DNA of 64,000 nt from Sedimentisphaerales bacterium (lineage in GTDB: Bacteria > Planctomycetota > Phycisphaerae > Sedimentisphaerales > SM23-30): positions 448,001 through 512,000 of the forward strand of contig CAXXMR010000009.1 of the NCBI GenBank assembly GCA_963663805.2. The letters run 5' to 3'. The notes under the pieces were generated by a model. That model had not been told where the DNA came from. It did not search any database and was given only the letters and a program-made list of their open reading frames with translations. A program made the position numbers and the translations under genes. Numbering within the stretch: position 1 is the first letter of the stretch; every line of letters starts with the position of its first letter. Below, piece by piece: positions 1 through 11,230 of this stretch.

Positions 1-382
1 GCTGGACCAGGGCGTCGTTGACGCCGCGGAGAATAATCCGCCTTCGCTGCTGAGTTCACGTCACTATGAGATTTGCCGATATTACAGCCTGGACGAACAT
101 ACCCGGATACCCGATATGCTGGTGTTAAGTTCGCGGGTGTGGCAGTCGCTTTCGGAGGAGCATCAGCGGATTTTACAGGAAGCGGTTGATGAATCGGTGG
201 AGTACCAAAAACAATTATGGCGCGAGGGTGAGGAATACGCGATGAAAGTTGTGCAGGAGGATGGGGTGGAGGTCTTTCGGCCTGACAAGGAGCCGTTTCG
301 CAAGGCGGTTGAGCCTATGATGAAAAAGTATGAGGAATCGAGTCTGGGCGATTTAATCCGCAAAATCAGGGAGGTAAAATAA
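1..382 (+). CDS. dctP: TRAP transporter substrate-binding protein DctP (5'-truncated by window edge)
   Basis: Frame is open from nt 2 (LDQGVVDAAENNPPS...). DctP-like C-terminus, directly upstream of dctQ/dctM. Confidence 0.9.
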   Translation, partial: LDQGVVDAAENNPPSLLSSRHYEICRYYSLDEHTRIPDMLVLSSRVWQSLSEEHQRILQEAVDESVEYQKQLWREGEEYAMKVVQEDGVEVFRPDKEPFRKAVEPMMKKYEESSLGDLIRKIREVK

Positions 383-871
383 ATGGCGACACTAAAAAAA
401 ATACTGGACAAAATCCTGGAGGGAATAGTCATTATTTCGATGGCTGCCCTGGTACTGGATGTACTCTGGCAGGTGTTCACCCGGAAAGTTCTGAACGACC
501 CCAGTGAATGGACCGAGGAACTGGCGATATTTCTGCTGATATGGGTGGCATTGCTGGGTTCAGCGGTGGCTTTGGGCCGGGGGGCTCATCTGGGCATAGA
601 TTATTTTGTAGGCAAACTATCAATCCGAAAACGCGAATGGACAGAAATCCTGGTGTTTTTCCTGATAGCCTTTTTCGCGATTTATGTAATGCTTTTCGGT
701 GGGGCAGATTTGGTAAAATGCACATTGGCGATGGACCAGCGCTCGCCGGTGTGGAATGTAAGGATGGGCTATGTTTATCTGGCAGTTCCGGTCAGTGGTT
801 TTTTCATGGTGCTTTACAGCCTGCTGGGTTTTGTCGAGCGTGTGAAGGCTCTGAGCCGGGAGGGCAGCTAA
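383..871 (+). CDS. dctQ: TRAP transporter small permease DctQ
   Basis: 162 aa, 4 TM segments, WTEELA and HLGID motifs. Confidence 0.92.
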   Translation: MATLKKILDKILEGIVIISMAALVLDVLWQVFTRKVLNDPSEWTEELAIFLLIWVALLGSAVALGRGAHLGIDYFVGKLSIRKREWTEILVFFLIAFFAIYVMLFGGADLVKCTLAMDQRSPVWNVRMGYVYLAVPVSGFFMVLYSLLGFVERVKALSREGS

Positions 872-2170
872 ATGGATATTACGATTCTAATATTAGTTTT
901 GTTATTTGTTTTCCTGTTGCTGATAAACGTGCCGGTGGCGTTTTGTATGGGAATCGCGACGACGGTAGCGTTCATCCTGATGGATTGCCCCGCGGCGGTA
1001 GCGGTAGCTCATAAAATCGCTACGGGTATCGACAGTTTTACTTTGCTGGCGATACCGTTTTTTATTCTGTCGGGTCTGCTGATGGGCCATGGCGGGATTG
1101 CCCGGCGGTTGATAGATTTCGCGGAGGTGCTGGTAGGGCGGTTCAAAGGCGGCCTGGCGTTTGTGAACGTGGTAACCTGCATGTTTTTCGGAGCGATATC
1201 CGGTTCCGCGGCCGCGGCGGTCTCCTCGGTCGGCGGTTTCATGATTCCGCTGATGAACATGAAAGGCTACGACCGAGATTTTAACACCTCTGTTACCATA
1301 ACCGCCGCGACTACGGGCCTGCTGATTCCGCCCAGTAACGTAATGATAGTTTATTCCTTGGCGACCGGCGGGGCGGTATCGATCGCGGCAATTTTCATCG
1401 CGGGCATTCTACCGGGCATCCTGCTGGGGTTGTTTTTGCTGGTGGTGAGCGGGTTGATTTCCATTAAAAACGGCTATGGCAAGGGCAACATTTTTGGGTT
1501 TAGCCAGAGCGCCAAGAAATTTTTCTCGGCGATTCCGGCATTGCTGCTGATTTTTATTGTTATGGGCGGAATTCTGGCCGGCTGGTTCACCGCCACCGAA
1601 GCATCAGCGGTAGCGGTGGCGTGGTCATTTCTGCTGGCGGTGGTCTTCTACAGGGAGGTTCAACTCAGGGAACTGCCCGGCATCTTGCTGCATTGCGGGG
1701 TAACAACCGCGGTGGTGTTTCTGCTGATTGGCACAAGCATGGCCATGAGCTGGGTCCTGGCGGCGCAGAACATCCCGCAGGACATCAGCACGATGTTGAT
1801 TGGCCTTACGGATAACAAAATCGTCCTTCTGCTGCTTGTTAATATAATATTACTGGTAGTAGGGACATTCATGGATATGACGCCGGCGGTTTTGATTTTT
1901 ACCCCGATTTTCCTGCCGATAGTTACCAAACTGGGCATGCACCCGCTGCATTTCGGGATTGTAATGATAATGAACCTTTGCATCGGTTTGTGCACGCCGC
2001 CGGTGGGGACGTGTCTGTTCCTCGGTTGCGGCATCGGCCAAACAACGGTCACGAATGTGATTCGCAAGATTATCCCATTTTTCATCGCCATGGTCGCGGC
2101 CCTGCTGATTTGCACTTATATCGAAAGCATTTCGCTGCTGCTGCCGGGCATGTTCGGATTTTTGGATTAG
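872..2170 (+). CDS. dctM: TRAP transporter large permease DctM
   Basis: 432 aa polytopic protein with LLAIPFFIL, GAISGS, IPPS and TPPVG motifs. Confidence 0.95.
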   Translation: MDITILILVLLFVFLLLINVPVAFCMGIATTVAFILMDCPAAVAVAHKIATGIDSFTLLAIPFFILSGLLMGHGGIARRLIDFAEVLVGRFKGGLAFVNVVTCMFFGAISGSAAAAVSSVGGFMIPLMNMKGYDRDFNTSVTITAATTGLLIPPSNVMIVYSLATGGAVSIAAIFIAGILPGILLGLFLLVVSGLISIKNGYGKGNIFGFSQSAKKFFSAIPALLLIFIVMGGILAGWFTATEASAVAVAWSFLLAVVFYREVQLRELPGILLHCGVTTAVVFLLIGTSMAMSWVLAAQNIPQDISTMLIGLTDNKIVLLLLVNIILLVVGTFMDMTPAVLIFTPIFLPIVTKLGMHPLHFGIVMIMNLCIGLCTPPVGTCLFLGCGIGQTTVTNVIRKIIPFFIAMVAALLICTYIESISLLLPGMFGFLD

Positions 2171-2178
2171 GCTAATTC

Positions 2179-3291
2179 ATGAATAAGTTGTTATTTGCTT
2201 TGGCGGTGGTTTTTCTGTTGGAATATTTTATGAATCATAATTTATGGGCTGCTCAGCCGAAGCCGCCGGCAGGAATTGTGTCGCTGGGGGGCAGTAATTA
2301 CGCCTTTTGTCGAATCGACGATGAGTATCTCCTGCAAAATGAGCCTCACGCCTGGTGGAAGCCCGGAGTTTTGCAGCATGCCGTAGGGGCCTTTCACTTG
2401 CAGGAAACCGGCTATGTCCAGCAGTCTTTGCAAATGATGTATCAGAGTGGGCAGCGCAAGATAGCCCTGGTTTTATGGTTTATGGATATTGCCCAGGATA
2501 AAGCTGCCAAAGGTTCACAGTGGCCCGGCGCAGTGCCGGAAAAATATAAACACATGTATGGCCATACTATCGACGGGGCCGCCGGCAGGCTGTGCCCGCA
2601 GCATCAGGAAAATCTGCGAAACCTTCTGGAACTGATTCATAAAACCGGATTTGAGACGGTGACAATCAGATTTGCCGCCCAGGGCATCAATAATCCTATG
2701 GAGTGGGAAAAATGGGAAGATGCACGATATAAGGAAAATTTGAGTTTTATCCTTTCCACCAAACAGATTGTTGACGATACCCTTAAAGACAAGGTCGAAA
2801 TTTTATATGATTTAGGTTTGGAGCTGGGTGGGCTCGAAGGTTTCTGTACGGAATATGACAAGCGGCTGTGGCGGGACTATACGAATAAATTCGGCACATC
2901 TGACACTTTGGGTTTTTCGTTCGCGGTTAATCCGGGACGCCTTACAAACATGCTGAAAATTTACAAGGAGTCGGGGCTTTATCCCGCTGCTTATGCCTTC
3001 GATGTGTATTTTGAAGCTGACAAGGTGCTGGATTATATCGCCCAGGAGTTTCAGCAATGCGACATTAATAATCCCGCGATTATTATCCAGGAAACATTTT
3101 ATAATGACTCTCAAACACTTAAGGAGTTACAAGCTGCGGTACAAAAGCATGATTTGCGCCTGCTCTATATTGTGCAATGGCAGGTGGAGCGAGCGAAGAT
3201 GTACTGGGAGAAAGAGGACGGCCAGAAGTATTTCCGCCATTTTTCCGTAAGCCGACCCATTGAGTACGAAAATTATATTAGGGACAAGTAA
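2179..3291 (+). CDS. Secreted hypothetical protein, possibly a TIM-barrel glycoside hydrolase-like enzyme
   Basis: N-terminal signal peptide, alternating alpha/beta pattern, IIIQET near the C-terminus, located inside a sugar-uptake locus. Confidence 0.55.
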   Translation: MNKLLFALAVVFLLEYFMNHNLWAAQPKPPAGIVSLGGSNYAFCRIDDEYLLQNEPHAWWKPGVLQHAVGAFHLQETGYVQQSLQMMYQSGQRKIALVLWFMDIAQDKAAKGSQWPGAVPEKYKHMYGHTIDGAAGRLCPQHQENLRNLLELIHKTGFETVTIRFAAQGINNPMEWEKWEDARYKENLSFILSTKQIVDDTLKDKVEILYDLGLELGGLEGFCTEYDKRLWRDYTNKFGTSDTLGFSFAVNPGRLTNMLKIYKESGLYPAAYAFDVYFEADKVLDYIAQEFQQCDINNPAIIIQETFYNDSQTLKELQAAVQKHDLRLLYIVQWQVERAKMYWEKEDGQKYFRHFSVSRPIEYENYIRDK

Positions 3292-3310
3292 CTATTCATA
3301 GATTGTTTCA

Positions 3311-3410
3311 TCAAAAGGCACCGAAGGGGTCGTAAGAGCAATAGCCGGGCGGCGTAAGCTCCCGGAATATTTGACAAAAACCAACCATAAGCCCAAAAGG
3401 GCCGAAAGAA
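3311..3410. repeat. REP-like palindromic element (GCGTAAGC core); related split copy at 55615-55804
   Basis: Its reverse complement aligns by eye with 55615-55660 and 55752-55804. Confidence 0.7.
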
Positions 3411-3427
3411 ATTATTTGCCGTTAAAA

Positions 3428-3457
3428 ATCCGCGTAATCTGCGTAATCTGCGGCTAA
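3428..3457. repeat. Short 9-bp tandem repeat (AATCYGCGT x3)
   Basis: aatccgcgt aatctgcgt aatctgcgg. Confidence 0.75.
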
Positions 3458-3492
3458 ATATTTTCGTTGTCGTTGTTTTGGAAGAAATAAAA

Positions 3493-4923
3493 GTGAAAAA
3501 TACAAATTCAGTAAATGCCACGGTACCGACTTTAAGCTCTAAACTGCCTTTTGTCCAGAAGTTTTGCTGGGGGATGGGCGCCTTCGCCAATACCCTCATG
3601 GTTAATACCATCCTTATCATGGCGTTTCCGATATACAATCTGGCATTGGGGGTTGACCCCAAGTATCTGGGCTGGGCTTTGTCTGTCCCGCGTTTATGGG
3701 ACGCCCTCAGCGACCCGCTCATGGGCAATATTTCCGACAACACCCGCAGCCGCTTCGGTCGGCGTCGGCCTTATATCATCCTGGGGGCGATACTTGCGGG
3801 GATATTTTTTGCCTTGATGTGGGCACCGCCGGCCGCACTGAGCGAGTTCCAGTTGTTTTTGTACTTTCTGGTAATTTCGGTTTTGTATTTTACCTCCTAT
3901 ACCATTTTCGCCGTGCCCTGGAACGCCATGGGCTTTGAGCTGACCACGGATTATAACGAGCGGACTAACGTAATGGCCTATCGAACTTTTCTGGAAGCGG
4001 TAGGGGGGATGCTGCTCGTGCCCTGGATTTACAAACTTTGCTTCCTCGATATTTTCGGCGGCAACGAGGTTGTCGGGGCTCGCTGGGTTGGTGCCGGATA
4101 TGGCCTCATGATAATCATAATCGGTGTGATGCCGGCATTGTTCTGCAAAGAAAATCTTCAGGTCCAGTCTCAGGCCAAAATAAAATTCTTTGAGGCCTTT
4201 AAGTACACGGTCAAAAACCGGGTGTTTCTGCTTTTGTGCCTGGCGATTTTCCTGGTCCTGGCCAGCATTTTCCTGGTCATGCCTTTCGGCGGCTATGTCA
4301 ATATCTACTATGTTTACGGCGGCGACAAAGAGGGCGGGGCCACAATTTCAGCCATTGGCGGGACGTTTTACGGATTAGCCGGAATGTTGTGGACGCCCGT
4401 GATTGTCTGGCTGAGCAAGAGATTCGATAAGAAAAGGGTACTCATGGCAGGTCAGGCCATGTTTGTCGTCGCGTCCCTGTTTACTTGGGTGCTTTATAAT
4501 CCGGTTTATCCCTATTTACAGTTGGTTTATGCCTTGTTCGCCTGTCAGGGGCTTACGTGCGTGTGGATATTGTCGTCGTCAATGCTGGCCGACATTTGCG
4601 ACGTTGACGAGCTTCGGTCGGGGTTGCGCCGCGAGGGAATGTACGGAGCGGTTTATTCCTGGGTGTTCAAGCTGGGAATTTCGGGCGTAATGATTCTGAG
4701 CGGTTATATGGTCAGTTGGTCCGGTTTCGATGAAAGGGTGGTGGTTCAGCCCGCCGAAACAATATTGAAGCTGAGGATACTTTATGCTATAGTACCCGCG
4801 GCAGGTATGCTGCTGGCGTTGATTGCCATGGCCTTTTATCCCATTACACGGGAAAAAGCCCTGGAAATCAGAAAACAGATTGACCAGATGAAATCTCAAA
4901 AGGATGCTGAACTTGGACATTAA
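3493..4923 (+). CDS. MFS glycoside-pentoside-hexuronide (MelB/GPH-type) sugar:cation symporter
   Basis: WDALSDPLMGNISDNTRSRFGRRRPY and RREGMY motifs. GTG at 3493 is the probable start (ORF open from 3478). Confidence 0.92.
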   Translation: MKNTNSVNATVPTLSSKLPFVQKFCWGMGAFANTLMVNTILIMAFPIYNLALGVDPKYLGWALSVPRLWDALSDPLMGNISDNTRSRFGRRRPYIILGAILAGIFFALMWAPPAALSEFQLFLYFLVISVLYFTSYTIFAVPWNAMGFELTTDYNERTNVMAYRTFLEAVGGMLLVPWIYKLCFLDIFGGNEVVGARWVGAGYGLMIIIIGVMPALFCKENLQVQSQAKIKFFEAFKYTVKNRVFLLLCLAIFLVLASIFLVMPFGGYVNIYYVYGGDKEGGATISAIGGTFYGLAGMLWTPVIVWLSKRFDKKRVLMAGQAMFVVASLFTWVLYNPVYPYLQLVYALFACQGLTCVWILSSSMLADICDVDELRSGLRREGMYGAVYSWVFKLGISGVMILSGYMVSWSGFDERVVVQPAETILKLRILYAIVPAAGMLLALIAMAFYPITREKALEIRKQIDQMKSQKDAELGH

Positions 4924-7747
4924 AGCTGACTGGATTTGGCGGAGGCTGGAGGGGGCAGCTTATAATGATATTATTATCGCGGAGAAGGAGTTTGAGCTAA
5001 AGACCGGCATGGCTGATGCGATGATACGCATTAGCGCGGACAGTTTTTATCGACTTTTTGTCAATGGCAAATGGGTAAATGATGGTCCCTGCCGCGGTTG
5101 GCCGGAACATTATTATTATGACCAGATTGACATTACCGATTATTTACGACCGGGCGCCAATCAAATACGGATAATCGCCTGCCATTATGGTATAGGCCAT
5201 TTCCACGGAGTGCCCCGGCAGCCGGGCCTGTTAGCTCAGATCAATATTGAATATACCGACGGTACACTTGCCTCGGTCATCACCGACCCTGGCTGGCAGG
5301 TTGCACCAGCGGAGGGATGGTCACGCAACACCCCCAAGATTAGTTGTCAGATGGCACCTGCCGAGTATTATGATGCTCGGCTGGAGCAGGCATTAAAATT
5401 TGAAGATGCGCAGGTTGTCTCCAAAACCAAGGACGGACCCTGGAAAAATATTCAGCAGCGGGATGTGCAGTTGCTCACCAAACTGCCCGTGGCCTTTCAA
5501 TCTTATGTAGCGGGCAATATTCTGGAACGCAGTGACGATAGCAGAATTTATTGTCTGCCCTGGGCAAGACTGTTGTATCCGGGACTGGTTCAAGCCAACC
5601 GAATGCTCATGCCCGCGTTCGCTCTGGCGACTGTCATTGAAGCCGAGACAAACATCGAGTTCCAGATCGAGATTGTTGATTATCGCGACGGAAGGTATTT
5701 TACTTATGTTGACGGTAAACCTTTTCGCGGAACGGTGTCTTTAGCGGCGGGGCGGCATTTGCTTTTTATTACACATGGCCTGGACCTTAATCACACCACA
5801 GATATAGTTCTCAATGTTCATGCCAGCGAATATCATTTCGTCAATCCTTACGATACTGCCTCCGAAAATGGCTGGGCCCTGCTGGAATTTCCGCAGTTCA
5901 AAGCGAACAATAACGATTTGAACTGGCGGCAACCGCTGGATGACTACGCCGAAATAATGGCGGCTTATCGTAAAGAAATGCAGAGGCTCGGGGCGATTCA
6001 TGCTGAAGTAGAATTCTGCCAGGCGACCGCTGAAAAGATCAAAAAGCTGAACGCTGAACAGATGTTTGCCCAGGACAGTTATTTCCGGTTTATCAATCGT
6101 AAGCAGCTGCGCCCAGCCGATAGCCAGCTTTTACAACCGGAAAACCTTCTCGCCGGCGGCAGGGGACAGCTTCAGGTTATGCCCGCCGACGCCGGTGACC
6201 CTGAACTTATTTACGATTTGGGCCAACAGAATATCGGCTATTATAGCTTTGAACTGGAAGCGCCCGCCGGGGTTGAAATTGATATTTACGCCGTTGAATA
6301 TATCTCGCCCGAAGGACTTGTTCAGTATCCCGGTGACCATCGTAACGGCATGACGTATATTACCCGTGAGGGAAAAAATGTTTTTACGAGTCTCAAACGC
6401 CGGTCGGGACGCTATGTGTTTATGAGATTCTGCAATCTAAGCGAACCTTTAGTAATTAAGCGCTTTGAATTGATAGAATCAACCTATCCCGTGGAGTTTT
6501 TGGGCAGCTTTGAATGCGCGGATGAGTCCTTGAATAAAATTTGGAATATTTCCGCTCATACCCTCAAACTGTGCATGGAAGATACTTTTACCGACTGCCC
6601 CTTATATGAACAGACCTTCTGGGTCGGCGATGCCCGAAACGAATCACTGTTCGCCTATGGCGTTTTCGGTGCGACTGATATTGCCAGACGTTGTATTCGA
6701 TTGGCGGCTCAGTCCCTGGAGCGTTACCCGATTGTCGGATGTCAGGTACCCTCCAGCTGGGACTGCCTGCTGCCCGCCTGGAGCTTTATCTGGGGTATTT
6801 CGATTTGGGATTACTATTGGTATACCAAAGATGTTGATTTCGTAGAGGAAATGTGGACGTCTATTCTCAAAAATCTCCACGGAGCACGGAATTTTATCAA
6901 TTCAGACGGACTTTTCAGTGCCGACTTCTGGAATCTCTTCGACTGGGCCGGTATTGACCAGGAACAAGATACCGTTTTACATAACAGTATGTTCATGGTC
7001 GGAGCTATTGATGCCGCCCTTAAATGCGCTCAGATACTGGGACGGGAAAAAGAACTCGACGACCTGCTAAAGCTCAAAAAAGAGCTGAAGAACACGCTAA
7101 ATAGCTATTGGCTCGCCGACGAACAGGCCTACCCCGACAGTATCCACGAAAATGGCACAATTAGCAATTCTGTTTCCCAGCATACAAGTTTCCTGGCCTT
7201 ACTCTATGACATCGCCCCCCCGGATAAGGTCCAGGCCTTATTGAAAAATGTGCTCCAGCCTTCCCAAAAAACGGTTAAGGTCGGCTCGCCCTTCGCGATT
7301 TTGTATATGTATGAGATGTTGGAAAAATTCGACCGCGAAGATTCCATTATCCAGTCTATATATGATTCTTATTTGCCCATGATACAGGCTGGCGCAACTA
7401 CAGTATGGGAATCTTTTGCTTCGGGCACTCTAGCTCACGGTGAATTTCCCACCCGCAGCCATTGTCATGCCTGGTCGTCTGCGCCGGTATATTTCTTAAA
7501 CCGGATAGTTCTGGGAATCAGACCAACTTCCCCCGGCGGCCAAGCATTTGAGATAAGCCCGTATATCAAAGACCTGGATTGGGCCAAGGGCAGTTATGCC
7601 ACAGCCAAAGGAGTCTTGGAAGTGTCCTGGCGCAAAAAAGGCAACACCCTCGAAGTCAACTGGAATGGTCCCGCCGGGATAGGTGTAAGCTTCAGAAAAA
7701 ACCCCACCAACCAAGACTGCCAGGTCAGATTATCACGAATTAACTGA
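4904..7747 (+). CDS. Alpha-L-rhamnosidase-like glycoside hydrolase, family GH78
   Basis: DCPLYEQTFWVGD, GATTVWE and SHCHAWS motifs; N-terminal SADSFYRLFVNG domain. Confidence 0.9.
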   Translation: MLNLDIKADWIWRRLEGAAYNDIIIAEKEFELKTGMADAMIRISADSFYRLFVNGKWVNDGPCRGWPEHYYYDQIDITDYLRPGANQIRIIACHYGIGHFHGVPRQPGLLAQINIEYTDGTLASVITDPGWQVAPAEGWSRNTPKISCQMAPAEYYDARLEQALKFEDAQVVSKTKDGPWKNIQQRDVQLLTKLPVAFQSYVAGNILERSDDSRIYCLPWARLLYPGLVQANRMLMPAFALATVIEAETNIEFQIEIVDYRDGRYFTYVDGKPFRGTVSLAAGRHLLFITHGLDLNHTTDIVLNVHASEYHFVNPYDTASENGWALLEFPQFKANNNDLNWRQPLDDYAEIMAAYRKEMQRLGAIHAEVEFCQATAEKIKKLNAEQMFAQDSYFRFINRKQLRPADSQLLQPENLLAGGRGQLQVMPADAGDPELIYDLGQQNIGYYSFELEAPAGVEIDIYAVEYISPEGLVQYPGDHRNGMTYITREGKNVFTSLKRRSGRYVFMRFCNLSEPLVIKRFELIESTYPVEFLGSFECADESLNKIWNISAHTLKLCMEDTFTDCPLYEQTFWVGDARNESLFAYGVFGATDIARRCIRLAAQSLERYPIVGCQVPSSWDCLLPAWSFIWGISIWDYYWYTKDVDFVEEMWTSILKNLHGARNFINSDGLFSADFWNLFDWAGIDQEQDTVLHNSMFMVGAIDAALKCAQILGREKELDDLLKLKKELKNTLNSYWLADEQAYPDSIHENGTISNSVSQHTSFLALLYDIAPPDKVQALLKNVLQPSQKTVKVGSPFAILYMYEMLEKFDREDSIIQSIYDSYLPMIQAGATTVWESFASGTLAHGEFPTRSHCHAWSSAPVYFLNRIVLGIRPTSPGGQAFEISPYIKDLDWAKGSYATAKGVLEVSWRKKGNTLEVNWNGPAGIGVSFRKNPTNQDCQVRLSRIN

Positions 7748-7862
7748 CGAAAAAGCCTTCTTTTTACAAAAAAAAAGTCAAAAAACCAAAAAAAACGAGC
7801 AGAAATTAGCAAAAATCGGTCACCTCAGGCACGTTCGCGATGACTTCTTCGACGTTTTTTAG

Positions 7863-8579
7863 TTAAATCGCCTCTGCCGCATGACGCTGATCCAGGGCAC
7901 GAGAAATCAGTTTTGCCACCGATTCCGGGCTCAGTTTTTCCGTACTGAATACCATATCATAATGCGTGGGATCGCATATGTCCTTATTGAGAAACTGTTT
8001 AACGAAAGCACGCTGGGACTTGTCTGCTTTTTCCACCAGAATCCGAGCTTCCTCAATACCGACATCGAACAATTCCGCATAACGCTGAGACCGCATAGCA
8101 AAAGGTGCGGTAATACGAACGCTAAGTCCTTTCTCACGCGGAAGTACCAATCCCGCAGCACGACCAGCGATTACCGCCTGACCATAACGAGCAACTATCA
8201 GCAATACCCGTACAAGATGGCGGTAATATTTGTCAGGACCAATAGATTGTTCCCCAAAACTCAAAGAATCCTTCAGCCAACCGCCCCCACGCTCTTCTAT
8301 GCCGTCAAGCATATCGCGATGGACGTTCATATTGCTGGACATTTGGTCGATAATTTCACGGTCGAATTTACGCCAGCCCAGCAATTCTGACAAGATACGG
8401 GCGATTTCACCGCCACTGCTGCCCGGCTCGCGACTTATGGTGATATAATCGATTTCCCGTCCGGCCAGTTTGGCGCGGGTCTCACGCATAGCCTCCTCGC
8501 TACGCCGTAATTCCCATTGACGCATCTGTTTCTCGACGATGTGGTCAATTGCCCGACCTTTAATTGGTTTTCCAGACAT
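7863..8579 (-). CDS. Cytidylate kinase-like family protein
   Basis: ITISREPGSSGGEIA P-loop-like motif, VIAGR, DPTHYDMV. Confidence 0.85.
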   Translation of the reverse strand: MSGKPIKGRAIDHIVEKQMRQWELRRSEEAMRETRAKLAGREIDYITISREPGSSGGEIARILSELLGWRKFDREIIDQMSSNMNVHRDMLDGIEERGGGWLKDSLSFGEQSIGPDKYYRHLVRVLLIVARYGQAVIAGRAAGLVLPREKGLSVRITAPFAMRSQRYAELFDVGIEEARILVEKADKSQRAFVKQFLNKDICDPTHYDMVFSTEKLSPESVAKLISRALDQRHAAEAI

Positions 8580-8844
8580 TGCTCAGCTCCATATTTGAAA
8601 CAGTATTAACCAGTAGCACAGCCCGCATTCAGACAATTATAACAAATAAAACTATGGGAAGCCAATTTGCAAGGGCTTAAAAACATCTGTTTTTTACAAA
8701 ATTAAACATATTTGCCAATGTAACACTTTGTTATTAATGCGTTTACAGTGTGATTGGTATTTTGATAAATAAACAATGCACTGGGCCGGAAATCAAATAT
8801 CACCCGGCAATACCGTTAAAATCGCTATAGATGTCAGCCGAGTA

Positions 8845-11056
8845 TTACAGCCCGGCCTGTATCTGGTCAAGAATCAACTGGCGGACCTTGGAGCTGGGCA
8901 GGTTCAAGGAACCATAAGCCTCTGCCGCGAGATTCCGCAAATCGGGGTCGGCATCGACCGAGCTGACAATCGCGTATATGGCCTCAATCTGTTCAGCCAG
9001 CAGGAGATTTCCGAAGGCTTTGCAGGAGGTACTCATCAAGTTAAATGTCATCAGGCGGATGTCCATGGGGACTTGTTCGTCCAGGGCCAACTTAGCCAGA
9101 GCTCTTTGGGCGGCCTGGGAATTTATCCGGGCCAGAGCCGCGACCGCGGCGGCCTGAACATCGGTACGTTCATCGCGAGCGGCCTGCAAGAGTGCCGACT
9201 GAGCCACGGCGGAATCAAGAACGGGATTTCTGGTAATAGCCAGAGCCTGTAAAGCCAGGGCCGCTTTGACAGCGTATTCATCGGCCATTTGGGGAGCGAA
9301 ATTCGCCGCGTAGTTGTGCTGCATGACCTTTTCTGCGAGAGTTATCATTTCTTCGGCGGTTTGGCCGGGCAGAATAATTTTGAGGAAGCTGTTGTTTTCA
9401 TATTTTTTGCGGGCAGCGGCCAGCGACTGAGTGTCGGCGACAACCAGCGTGGGGCAAAGCGCCAGGCGATAATCCTGGGCGATAAGCTGGAGAGTTTCGT
9501 CGAGGTCAGGGCGTTTGATGTCGCGGGCCAGAATAATCAGGTCGAAACCGGGCAAGGCCGCGGCCTGTTCAACGGTGACCGCGAAATGTTCGCCGCCGAC
9601 AACCTCAGCAAAGGCTTCGGAACGACGCAACTGACCAATAATTTCATTTCTTCTTTGGGAATCCGGGTCAACAACCAGAGCGTAGCGATGTCCCTTCTGG
9701 AGAAGAGCCTCAGCTAAAATCGGCACAACCAGATTGCTCTGTTCGAAGGTGTTTAGAGGCAGGGCGTGAGCAATGGCCAGGGCGGCATTGAAGCGTACTT
9801 CCCGGTCGGCAAAACTCAGGGCTTCAATTAAGGGACGACGGCCCATTAAATGATAGAGCAAAGATTCCTGCCCGGCGTTGCGTTCGAGGGCCTTGATGGC
9901 ACCCAGAGCGACGCTGCGATTTTTGTTGGCCAGCGATCTTGCCAATACTCTCTGTAAATACTGGGGGCCGGTAGTGAGTGCGTAAGTTGCGGCATCGGCG
10001 TGATTTTCGCCGAAATACTGGGGCTGAGCATGGCCGTTGGCTTCGAGGCGGAAAAATGAAGACAACCACAGGGCAATCGCATCGGCAGAGCTGTCATCGA
10101 GACGAATAGCATCCTCGCAATTACGCATGGTCATAAGTTCGTCGAAAGCCTCACGTTCGACCTGCTCAGAAACAAGGCCTTCTTTGTCATTCCAGAACCA
10201 GATATTGGCGTTTGTCTGATTGGCCGGCGCTTGCAGGGAAGGCATGTGATTGTAGTAAGCGTTGGCCAGACGCAGATACTGCCAGGCGGCATTGGGGCCG
10301 GCGTATTCACTGCGGGAGTCGATAGCCTTGATAGCATCTTTGATGGTTTGTTTGAGTTCCGGGCTGGTATTTTCGGCATCGAGCATTTCGACCAGACAGG
10401 GCAGGGCCCCATGATAGCCGATTTTGCCGAGCGCCTCGGCGACAATCAGTTTGATATTTAGGGCGGGGCAATCCTGCATAACCACTACCAGCGGATTAAC
10501 GGCGGGCAGTCCCAACTGGGGCAGAGCCCAGCGAATCAAGGCCAGCTCTTCGGTACGCCTGGGGTCGCGCAAGGTTTCAATCATGACCGGTACAGCCCAT
10601 TCGCCGGAGTCTTTCAGGCGGTCGATGGCGAGCATTCTGCCGCGGGTAGTTCCGGAAAGCCTTTTGACTTCAAACGGCGATGCGGTCTCTGTCGGTACGT
10701 CTCTGGAAGCGACCGGCCTCGACGAGCTTAAGAATCTCGTCGGCGATGTCGCGGAGGGGGCTGTCTTGTTTGAGCAGGGTCAAACTGCGATAGCTGTCGG
10801 AATAGCGGCTGGACTCGGCCAGTTCGAGTACCGATACGGGGTTGGGGTTGCTGTCGATGAGTGCCTGGCCATGCTTACGGGCCAGTTCCCATTTCCCGAT
10901 GAGTGAATAGTGCATGAAATCATCCCAGTCTCTCAGCAGACTGGCGTCTACGTCGGGCGTGTCCGACTGGGCGAAAAGTTCAGGAGCCGAAACAAAGGAA
11001 CCCGAAATCAGCGTCAAGGCTGCAAATAAAACTATCGTACACTGCTTAAAGCTCAT
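8845..11056 (-). CDS. Secreted HEAT-repeat protein with a receiver-like insert (one frameshift near 10672)
   Basis: ORFs 10670-11077 and 8845-10635 join if one T is removed from GCC GTT TGA, giving GTT GAA GTC AAA AGG. Signal peptide MSFKQ... follows a GGAGA RBS; HEAT-like repeats (AEALGKIG, VRFNAALAIA). Confidence 0.75.
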
Positions 11057-11230
11057 ATTTTGAATCTCCGCTGTCATTTATGCACTACCGGGCAACTGGG
11101 GGCCCATGAAAAAGCACAGTATGCGACGACTCGCATAAAAGTCGTCCTAAAAGGCACTTACGTTTTTATAACGCCGAAAGGATTATAAATAAACCAACGG
11201 CACTGTCAACAAAATTAAGGTTTAGCCCTT

